Shown piece by piece: positions 53,601-64,000 of a stretch of 64,000 bases of DNA. The stretch is taken from positions 798,246 to 862,245 of the forward strand of contig NW_002060943.1 of the NCBI RefSeq assembly GCF_000150275.1. Direction: 5' to 3'. The position numbers and the translations under genes were made by a program. Below the pieces are notes generated by a model, which was not told the origin of the DNA, ran no database searches, and saw nothing but the letters and a program-made list of their open reading frames with translations. The stretch's first letter is position 1; the number at the start of each line of letters is the position of its first letter. This stretch comes from Trichoplax adhaerens (taxonomy: Eukaryota > Animalia > Placozoa).

Positions 53601-56600
53601 TTAATTGCAGAACTAAAGAGAACTTCGGCAATTTAGTTTTCCTCGTAATGAAATGATTCCTCGTTACTAATTCATACCATTCGCCGATATTGATTTTCAT
53701 GATAGTCATTCACAATAAGCATTAGAACCAGGAATCATGCTACCAACAACTCATTGATAACTGAGTTATTTTTTCATTTTATCAAAATAATCTACTCCAT
53801 TTTTTGCCATTCTATCGTCAATCAAAAAGTTTTGCAATTCATTTTCGTTACTGGTAATCCATTCAACAAGACACACAAATACCAATTCTTTATATATTAT
53901 ATAATATAATTATAATTTCTTTTCTGACTTCTCTAGTGCATTAATTTCAAGCAAGACCGAATGAATTTCAGGTCGTGTAGGGTTAGCTATTTCTTACGGT
54001 AGTTTAGGAACAATATCACTGTACTATTACTGGATATGCAATAGGAATTCAGAGTTCTTATGGAATATATATTACATTTTATAGGGGGTAGAAAAACGCT
54101 ATTGTTAAAGGAATGTCGAGATTCAATTAATCCGTTCTATATCATACAGTTCTTCATCTTTCCTATTGCATAGTCATAGCTAGATAGACTAACTAAGTTA
54201 TAAGTACTATTGACAACTACAGCTTTAAAGCTTGCTTAAACTTTAGCTATCATCTCTCGTATAAGAGATAGTTACGCTACTGTAATAAAAGTATCTCTTA
54301 ACTGTTCCATCTAAACTAATCTAACTTCTAACCAAACCATTATCTCAGGAAGATAGATTTTAGAAAAGGCTTTTGTTGCAGAGTTGAGAATAGTAAGTAG
54401 CACAATAATTAACTCGAACAAGAATCTAATCTAAATTATCCTAAGCCTAAAAGAAGTGAAGTTAAGTGTACTCCAAGCTCAACTTTGTAGTTCTTAAATA
54501 CATTTTGTTTAATCTATTTACGAGGATAAAATTGCCAAAGATCAGACTTGAATCAACAAAAAGAAGACTTTTCCCCTAAGAGATCATCAATATCTTTTTC
54601 TGTACAATGGAATCTGCACAATATATCACTACTCTTCTATTAATATCCAACACCCGTAAAGGTGCTGGCCATCTTCATAATTACAGTACATACAGTCATA
54701 TTGATCTATTTACCATACTTAGCTAGCTGACTAATATTCCTAATCAATAATTGTAATATGCCGTAGAAATTAACTATCACCTAATATTAATATCACGATA
54801 ATATCTATTCTTACAACCTAACTATGCTAAATAATTCTACTATTACTCCAATTAAATATGAAGGAGCATCACTGCAACTTTCTAATCGTCAATTAGTACT
54901 AAGGAAAAATAAATCAATAGTATGCTCACTTTGCAGAGTTATTCATCTCAATAAAGATGATAAACTAACAAAGTCGACTTAACGAACTATAAGTCGTATA
55001 AAATTGATTATTTTCTCTTACAATATTGCCTATTACAGAATAGTCTGAACAAATTATTTATTTCATCATTTATCCATGCAAGAGATCTAACGAGAAATGC
55101 CTATGCTTTTAAATCATTAAGATAATTTAAATAAAATGGATTAAATTGACCTTATTTCGGAAACGGACCATACTTGCAGTATGCTCTATTTTAATCTTCC
55201 CTATATAGCATATACCGAGTATCTATTTTATATTTTATGTATCAACATTACAATGTTTCTCATATTTTTCAATTACAATACGTAGAATTTAGGGATAGTA
55301 TTTCCCATTGATTATGACAAAGTGCTTTAAAGATCAAAGCAAAGCCTTTTTAATTTCTCACAAAATCTTTTATATAAACTGCTCCTTGCATAAAAATATC
55401 AAGAACTATCAATCTTTACTTCTTCGGTCCAGAATTGTCTAACTGTTTACAACCAAATTTACAATTTGTATATATATATACAATTGATTACGTAGATTTT
55501 TACGAGCCTTATTGTAAAATATCTTGTCAATACGAATTGTGAATACTATCTACAAGTAGAAACTTGTAAAATTTGACAGTCTAATCAGCAAGTTGAACTA
55601 TTTAATATAATCTTATAACCATATAATCTTAATCTTAAGCTCTTTGGGAGTTGCCCATATTAATTTGCTTTGTATCCATAAGAAATTTCTTAAAATTGGA
55701 ATATTTGACAGTTAGCGTTACTGAGATCTTGTCATAGTCCAAAAACGAATTGCCATTACATTAGTAGCCTACTATCCTAACTCATAATAATTGCAAATTC
55801 TACCTTTAATACCGCTTATGTAAAGTATTAACGGAACTGATAGGAGAATGCTTGATGTAGCTGTCGCGCTACTAAAGTATGATTTTGGACTAAAATGACA
55901 CTAAACAGGATTCTAAATTTGACCGTCAAAGACTATCTAATTTTAATTTCTGCTTTTTATTATTTTTAAGAACGTCACCGATGTAACTGCAGAAGACTTG
56001 ACTTCATGCAAACAAAGTATTTTAAGCTGTAGATGTAAGATTAAACTACGGAAATTATCTTTTCTACAATTGCGAGGTTATGCGCTTTACAGTAAATCCG
56101 AAGTCAGCGGTCCATCCTCTCCTATCTACTGGGATAGTACTGGAGGTAATTATTTCAAAAGTCTACTCAAATAGATACTTGAAATATAGTAAAATTTACG
56201 AGATATTTATCTAATAGCTAGTGTATTCCAAGAACATAGTAATTGATTAGAAATCGCTTTGATTTTAATAGCATGCTAAAATAGATTCAATATTCCATGG
56301 ATATAAAAGTTGCAACAATTCATACCGTACTAATTTGTAATTAAAGCAGTATAAGTAAAGTAAAATTTATAATCATAATATAATCGAGATTAATTTCATT
56401 TTAGCTCATTTACTTCAATGAATGGCATGTAAATGGAGTGTAATAGTGTTATACAGCTAACGATTCTAACTCTGTCTGTTGATCAATAGACCGCATGAGC
56501 ATGATTTGATAATCTCAACTAACTTTTGGCTTGTTTTATTTATTATAGCTTGCAAAACAATTACAGATATTTCTTGTACCGGAATGCTAAATGAGTACGA

Positions 56601-59600
56601 ATGTAGGAATACAAAGGCATGTTTATTAATTATTCAGTTTTAAAATGGATCTTGTTGGCTAATTTGGGATAGTAGAACGATATTATTTAGGTATTAATTA
56701 GGAAGGAATAGGCTTCAAGTAGTATTTTAGGCCGCCTTTAGGACATATTGAAATGTAACCTTGCTTTCTTCCCTACCCTATGCTATCTAGTCATTATTTA
56801 CCTACCTTTAGACATAAAAATTTATAGCTCTTAGTAAATATCGTTATATGCACAGACTATCAATTGCTACCATTTCAGAACATTGTACAGGTAGCAATAA
56901 ATCGTTTTAATACGTTACAAGAAATAGCGAGATAGCCCTTCTGCTCGTCTTCAAAATTCGCAGTTGTAAGCAGCTACTATACTTTTCCTCAATTTATACC
57001 CATGAGTACGCTACTACAAAACCAATCTCCAAAAATGAAGATAGAATAAATTTAAGCTGTTCTTTTGATCCTCCATGAACAGCTACTATAGTAACACAAA
57101 TGCTAAGCGAAATGATCTCCATTCAATCCATGTATTACAATATACCGATACTGAATACTTGATTATGAAGGAAAATGTACTAGAAATAATATGCTAGAAT
57201 GCTGTATACTATTGTGATATATACCAATCACGAAATTCCAAATTTTAGAAAAATAAGGGCTTTATTCAATCTTATACAAAGATTAACTACACAGCTCTAC
57301 TCTAGCCGAATACTACTTCTAAAGACTTCTACAACGAACTAACAGAATAATCTAAAGTTGCATGCTTTTATACTTTCCGTAGCATTCGCAGCTACAATCC
57401 GCATGGCAACCTTTTACCTTATATTACACATAGTTAAATTATTCTTAGTAAGACTATTCTACTGCGGACCATCATTAATCCAATATGGATACGACTACAG
57501 TACTTACATAGACATTATTCACACCAGCCAAAGTACAATGAATTAACCATATCCTAATATATGATTTACAGTTCTATTTTTACCTACAGCCATATTAGTA
57601 ACTCAACAGCTTACTGTATATAGTCATCTGTACTCTAGCATAGAGTCTCTACCACTACAGTCTATAGTTACAGCTACCAAATATCTCTTAGGATAAATAT
57701 CTACCGTACATTATACTACACATGGCTAACAGTCTACAATCACAATACTAAGTTACATTACAACTATCTTTATTTAGCAGTCTAATCACTATGTTAAGTT
57801 CATATAGCAACTCTAAATATCTACCATATAGCTAAGAAAAGCATACAAATTCCTATTTAATGGTAATGATCAATAAACCTGCCGTCGATAATTATAAGCT
57901 ATACAAAGTAAATATAGAATTATGCATAATTATCTCCTTTACAATTTAGAACAGTGTAATTATTATTGACGCTGACACGACAGATACGCATAGACTTAAA
58001 ATTATTACTATTAAGATTCTCAGGATATTATGCTTATTTATTACTGTAAAATACCCCCAGGCAAGAAAGATGGGATTATTTTTCATTTTTACTATCTAAT
58101 GGAATTTAACAGTGCTGATTATTATTAATTTATCTTTTTATCAATTGTTAATTAAAGAACGATAGCCAGTTGTATCAACCTGTAGCTGATAATATCATCG
58201 TTCTGCAGAAGAGTAAAGATGGGAAATTAAATACAGTTGAAATTACTGGTAGGGATAATCTGCTATTTACATTAAGATCATCCGCGGATGCCTTGAGAAA
58301 TCAAACATATGTCCTTAATTGCCCGATCGTTGCAATTCAAGATCGATCATGGAAATACCTCAACGAAACTGTTGGGTCGGAGTTTGAGCTAGTATTAGCC
58401 AAAGCAACAGTCATCGATAAAACGCCTACAACTACAGCAAGAGCCTTTCCAATAGCAACGCCAACACCAACTTTCGGTACTGTTGCAGAAACAACAAGTG
58501 AAATTATAATTACTACCGGGAATCCAAATTCCAGCACAACTGCTATAAAAAATACGACAAGTAGAATCATATCTCAGCATTCTTGGACTCAAACAACTCT
58601 ACCAAGCCTACGAGCTCAAATTATGCCCTGTAATAAATCTCTTCATACTTGACTTATGCCACATAAACCTACTCATCTATACGTTGTATAATTATCGATG
58701 CTGGAAGTAATTTAAAGATTATAATAATTACCAATTTTTCATCATATAGACTTTACAGCAGCAATTATTGCATTTTGCGGATGCTCAGTAATTATTTTCA
58801 TGAGCCTATGCTACTATAAGTATGTCATACCGTATAAACATGGATGATACAATTAATTAATAGAATAATGCTATTTATACTTAATTCAACTCTATTTCTA
58901 GCAATGTCTCTCATCTGCAGTTGTATCAAGCTAATATCTATTTCTTCATGAATTGCAGGTGTCACCGACCCTCTAAAGCAGGGTTATATATAAACTCCAC
59001 AATGTAAGTTCTTCTTTTCTGCATCAACAAATTTTATTCTACATAAATAGCGATAAATTAAAATTAATTGTGTAAAGGAAACATTGTAAAACAAACTTTC
59101 TCTTTATCTAGTTAGATTAAATCCAATCGTTAGAATATATTAGTCTCACAATATTAATTAAAAGTAGTTTCAAGTCTATTTATCGCACCCCAAATAATCC
59201 CAACAATCTACAGTTGCAGCGTTACAAAATAGAGAGATTTAATACAAAATATATATACTATTCCACAATAATATTATAGTAAATTTAAATTTTATATAGC
59301 ACTTTACTAAGCATGTCTCATTTTGGAAAACCAGCTCTTTGCCATATAGGTGTAATCTGCACAAGTTTTAATTTGCTGACTTTGCTGACTATCTTATTTT
59401 TAGGTTTATCAAGGCTGAGCAGGCCATTGAAACTCGTAAGTTAGCGTCTTAAAATAATCTGTAATGTCATTAAATTAACTGTTAATTTTAATGATAGCGA
59501 TACAAGGCGTACCTCTCGCTCATAAATATACCTGTCAAGGATATAAACAAGCTTCTGTAATGGAAGTAAGTAAAAATTAATGAAAGTCTCTAGCAATATC

Positions 59601-59965
59601 TAATTGCTCATATCGACATAAGATTAAACACTAAACCTAACCTATCCTACCATTTTATTATTGTGTAGATCAAAGCTAATCCCCTGGCAGTTAATTTAAC
59701 TCAAAACGATGAGGAATGTTCAGTTGAGATCGGCGAATATCCCATCGAAGATAAGAATTTCATAGAGTTTGCTAGTCATTTCAACCAAGTCAGCAATTGT
59801 AAGACACCTAATATTCGGCCACAAGAGTTAACAAGGAGTCTTAGCAGTACATGTAGCAGCAATATACTCCATGATAGCGAATGTTTAATATCAGACCGAT
59901 ATAGCCGGGAGAATATAATAGAGAAGCAAGATGTGCAAAGAGCTATCGACTATGATTCCAACTAG
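50667..59965 (+). CDS. Uncharacterised type I single-pass membrane protein (gene D), ~604 aa, paralogue of gene C
   Basis: Exons 50667-50796 (ATG in GCCATCATG, signal-like), 51674-52063, 53120-53283, 55971-56145, 58186-58629, 58750-58819 (TM YFTAAIIAFCGCSVIIFMSLC, 70 nt as in gene C), 58959-59003, 59404-59435, 59498-59565, 59669-59965. Motifs shared with gene C: IGxAxxTIxG...IxIPF, NCQ, TCLKxxxNL, RxFxW, PxxP at the domain start, KIxxINL, KLSxxQ, SSP[VI]YWDSTG, I[IV]LQK, CP. Confidence 0.8.
51309..51635. repeat. Degenerate tandem repeat, 3 x ~110 bp (first intron of gene D)
   Basis: Recurring ATTATCTTAGCATGATAATC...GGATT...GCAAGGTAA...TCTAATCCAA. Confidence 0.7.
52160..52820. repeat. Degenerate tandem repeat, ~6 units of ~100-160 bp (intron of gene D)
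   Basis: Recurring GATAGAACTTGAAAT(A/T)GTT-like motif at about 52164, 52261, 52426, 52587, 52691 and 52795. Confidence 0.65.
57213..57762 (-). mobile_element. Solo LTR, family A, copy 3 (intron of gene D)
   Basis: TGTGAT...ATTACA termini. TSD ACTAT on both sides. Near-identical to the other two copies. Confidence 0.9.
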
Positions 59966-62289
59966 TCTTCGTTCTATTTATGATTTGTTTGCATACTTGA
60001 TTCCTATATCTACACTGAAATTTAGGACAATAAACAACTCTGTATGTGTATATATATATAGAGCATCATTATTCATAATGTCGCAAGGCATGTATTTTTT
60101 ACTAACTAATTTAAAACTTTTTCTTGTAATCAACAATTAATTCATTTCATCGAAGTTTTCAAATTCTAATAGAGTTTTGTCAAAGGTCATATGTCCAAAT
60201 TTTAGTTTTTAATTTAAGTTCATAAATTTACTCTCCATCATTTATGAAACTAATGTTAACTTAATGTTAAAGGTAAGTGTTATTTAATGATATTAATCTA
60301 TTGCAGCGTATAAACCAATTATCAATGTAGTAGCATAAATTTTAAAGCTTAATTTAACTAAGTAACTATATTTAAGTATGCGCTAACGCTGCACCGGCAT
60401 AGAAAAATTAAGTCTTTACTCGCTTTATACTATCTTCAACTACGACCTATTAAATTAAAAATTTTGATTAAGATTTTAAATAATTAAGCCTTGAAATAAA
60501 CTTTAGATTCTCAGCATTACTAAATTATTAATAATATAAGCATAACTTTACCATAAATAGAGTCTATCTACGGTATACAGCATACAACTAAAATTACTAA
60601 GACAGCCCAGCATCCTTAAATCAGAGCATTGTTCAATTATTCAGGTTTATGCAGTGCCTAATGAAAAATAAAAATAACTTGTACTTTAATTTATAATAAA
60701 ACTGGCTTTTATTAAGAGCAAAGCTCACCACAAATTTTATCATAATTAATGCTCAAATATTATGCTAAATATATCAGTTATCTGACATTATCCAATGTAT
60801 AATAATTAAAATAATTGTGCCATCTAATATGATTAAATCATAGCCCAGATATACGAATCTCCTTCGCCACATACTCAGTTGCTAAAAAGCAATTACTACA
60901 AATACCTAACTAAATTAGTCGCGGTTAAACAACAATGCCTACTACAATCAAAAATTTTACAGGAGTATTCTAGAAACTACTCTTTTATTACAAAATTTCT
61001 TTAGAATCACATCGATGTTAATTATGAGGTATTAATTCTAAAATTACGATAACCTGCTGTAAATCAAATTAAAGATTTTCAACTGGTTGATGTGAGGAAA
61101 TTTGGAATTAGATCTAGTTAGTTCCTACAGAATCCAGCCAAGGTTAGTACAACTAATTAAAAATCATAATAACCTTGAGTGAATAAAATCACACATTTTT
61201 GTCAATCGGTTATGGCAATATTCCCTTTTTACTATAATTTCTAGTTTGCTCAATAGTGATCTCCACAAATATTCCATGAATGTCAAATAAAACAATTTGG
61301 GTAGTGCATGAAGATCAATGAAGGCCGAACGAGCAATTCTAATAGATTACAATAATTTTAGTCATATCTGCAGCATCTAATTTTCCGTAAGATTTAATTA
61401 CTTTATCATGAGATTTATTATCAAAAACTGACAATTTCGAGTAAGAATCTGGGATTACTAAATGGAAAGATTTTGTTATTAATGATATAATAATACGCTG
61501 ATTTTAATCGCTTATCGTGAATCTACTTCTTCTTTAAGATTTTAATTTAGTTTTATATGTGATTTGTCTCGCAACAACCTATAAAACAGTATAAAAATTC
61601 AGAAACTGTTAATCTAATAACGTATAAGAAAACAATTTTAACTAAACATGTTGTATCTATTTCTGCTTTAAAATACTAATTTAATTCATCATGTGAATTT
61701 TTATAAAATATCTCCATACCAAAGAGCAAAAATGATCTATTCCATTCTAATGCAAAAATTTTAATGGTGAATATTACATCTAGTTCTTAGTAAAGATTTT
61801 ATTTAGTCAGAGTATCATTTATTTAAGAATATTAAATATAATAAATTCGAATTACTCACAAGAATTATTTTATTATATCGTAATAATCCCAATTGTAGTT
61901 ACTTTAACCATTACTTTAGCAGGATTTTATTTAGTTTAAAATAGATTTGCTAAAGAAAAATCCGAAAGTACAGGCTAAAATCCCTGAATCTGATCAACAA
62001 GGATTTTATTTCAATGATAACATTTTAAGTTGCTCATTCTATCTGTTTCTCTTGCAAAAACTTAGGCTAGTTTACTATGCAATTGTTCAGAAATAACTCA
62101 TAACATAATATAGAGATTCATAAATGCTAACTGAAACAATTTTATTGCATTAAAATGACTTTAAGTATGATGCTCTTTACATTATCTAATTTCTATACAA
62201 GATTTTAATTTTAATTTATGTAGTGGCTCGCTGTGGAATTAATATATGCAAAGTCTCAGGAATAAGTTTTATGCCAGTGCATGATTTTA

Positions 62290-62339
62290 NNNNNNNNNNN
62301 NNNNNNNNNNNNNNNNNNNNNNNNNNNNNNNNNNNNNNN
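62290..62339. other. Assembly gap (50 N)
   Basis: Run of N. Confidence 1.
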
Positions 62340-62880
62340 TGATCAGTCCAGGTCATACACTGTACAGTACAGTACTGTATTGTAGTGAGTCCATCGCTGT
62401 GTACAGTACATTGTACGGTACTGTACCGTACTGTACAGTACTGTATGTCGTCTATCCGTCCCAAAGTGATCAGTCCAGGGTCATACAGTATTGTAGTGAG
62501 TCCATCGCTGTGTACATTGTACTGTACAGTATCGTAGTGAGTCCATCGCTGTGTCCATCGTACGGTACTGTATTGTACAATGTACAGTATGTCGTCTATC
62601 CGTCCAAAAGTGATCAGTCCAGGTCATACAGTACGGTACAGTACTGTACAGTATTGTAGTGAGTCCATCGCTGTGTACATTGTACTGTACAGTATCGTAG
62701 TGAGTCCATCGCTGTGTCCATTGTACGGTACTGTACAGTACAGTACTGTATTGTATGTCGTCTATCCGTCCAAAAGTAATCAGTCCAGGGTCATACAGTA
62801 TTGTAGTGAGTCCATCGCTGTGTACTGTATTGTATGTCTGTCCGTCCCAAAGTGATCAGGCCAGGTCCTATACAGTACAG
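62340..62880. repeat. Complex satellite with TACAG/CTGTA-rich spacers
   Basis: Repeated blocks GATCAGTCCAGG, GTGAGTCCATCGCTGTGT (6 times) and GTATGTCGTCTATCCGTCC. It abuts the assembly gap. Confidence 0.9.
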
Positions 62881-63463
62881 TAGATAGTCCATGTACTATA
62901 CTGTACACTATACAATACTGCACTGTCTTACTGTAACATACAGTAATATGATGTTACTGTAGTATACTGTAAAGTACAGTACTGTATATGCGATTCACGA
63001 CAGTACAGTGTACAGTATAAGAAATATCAGAACTACTTCAACAGTCCAAAATAAGACCAATATGCAGTTAGCAATATCTGATTATCTGTAGAAGAAGAAT
63101 TTCTAGTACTCCTCCAGTCCATGCCAATCAATCAATCACCACATACGTACTGTATACAGTATACAGGTGATCAGCAAGTAGTCTCCTAGTGGATTCTTCA
63201 CCACATTTGGACTACTTCTGAAGTCGGCTGGATGGGGTAGAACACCATACCGGACTACATTCACCATGATTCACTACTAGCACGTGAGCACTCGCTCGGT
63301 ACTGGTACTGTATTGTACAGGCACTAGACGAGCCTACGGTGGTCAAGAATCACAAGGATACACTATACAGTGTATGGTGTACACTGTACGGCGTATAGCA
63401 CAGTATAGCATAACCGGAGGCAAACTCAAGATGCTAAGGACAGCTTGCCCTCCAAACCGTAAG

Positions 63464-63474
63464 ACGCATGCGCA
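63464..63474. promoter_or_regulatory. NRF1-like site in the eIF3f proximal promoter
   Basis: ACGCATGCGCA, close to the GCGCATGCGC consensus, about 25 bp upstream of the ATG of a housekeeping gene. Confidence 0.45.
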
Positions 63475-63497
63475 GTTGACTTCAGGTAAAATCAAGC

Positions 63498-63689
63498 ATG
63501 GCGGTCTCTAGTCCTTTACAACTCTCGGTAGTAATCCATCCAGTTGTTGTACTTACTATATGTGATAGTTATGAACGACGTAACGAAGATATAGAAAAAA
63601 TCCATGGCACTTTATTAGGCAAGGTGGAAAAGGAACGAATCGAGATTCGTAATTGCTTCATTGACGACAATCCTACTGCATCAGGAAAG
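63498..63689 (+). CDS. EIF3F: Eukaryotic translation initiation factor 3 subunit F (MPN domain), first coding exon; gene continues beyond the window
   Basis: VIHPVVVLTICDSYERRNE...GTLLGKVEK..IEIRNCF matches the eIF3f N-terminal MPN signature (HPV..SIVDSYERRNE...GTLLG...NCF). Donor AAG|GTGAGA after 63689. Confidence 0.9.
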
Positions 63690-64000
63690 GTGAGAATGGA
63701 ATGGACCAACTATTCGCAGGACTGAAGTCATGTATAGCTGTAGGATAGTATTTCATCAATCGCTTTGGATCATGCAGTACTATGTATTGCTGTAGTTGGT
63801 TCATGAAATGAAAGCTGGATAAAATATGTAGTGTATTATTGAGTTGAATCTAGTATACGATTCACCGGTCGAATTTTCTCAACAAACTCGACACTGAAAT
63901 TCAGATTCAACTTTTGCTCCCACTGAATCACGCCTTCAATACAGTACAATAGAGTACTGTAATGGATAGCGAAAAACCCCGTCTAAAGTCCTGTACAACA

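Noticed and set aside
54349-54392. Candidate extra exon in gene D (CAG...GTAAGT)
   Set aside because: It is 44 nt with an in-frame TAG, and gene C has no counterpart.
62340-62880. CRISPR-like repeat/spacer look, and the Cys/Tyr/Val-rich ORFs at 62216-62855
   Set aside because: Eukaryotic context, and the spacers are themselves repetitive. The ORFs are translations of the satellite.

Overview
AT-rich, intron-rich eukaryotic (animal) DNA. Short GT-AG introns, tandem GABA-B-like receptors and TACAG/CTGTA-rich promoter repeats suggest a placozoan such as Trichoplax, which is an inference only. All gene models were built by hand from splice sites and reading-frame continuity, and all five genes are on the + strand. 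(1) Two tandem class C GPCRs of the GABA-B type (5168-13981 and 21122-~29370) share intron positions and have C-terminal coiled coils. The first has lost the conserved TM3/TM6 motifs. (2) Two tandem, divergent paralogues of an unrecognised single-pass type I membrane protein (36132-45999 and 50667-59965) are largely missed by the ORF track. Each has a signal peptide, beta-rich/FN3-like domains, an S/T stalk, a TM helix and a non-catalytic Tyr-motif tail built from micro-exons. One has a Box1-like PKPIPEP, the other YxxQ and YxN motifs, giving a cytokine-receptor-like architecture. (3) The first exon of eIF3f. Introns and spacers hold five solo LTRs (TG..CA ends, 5-bp TSDs, three families), MITE-like elements, an 87-bp-arm foldback, degenerate ~110-bp tandem arrays and a satellite next to a 50-N gap.
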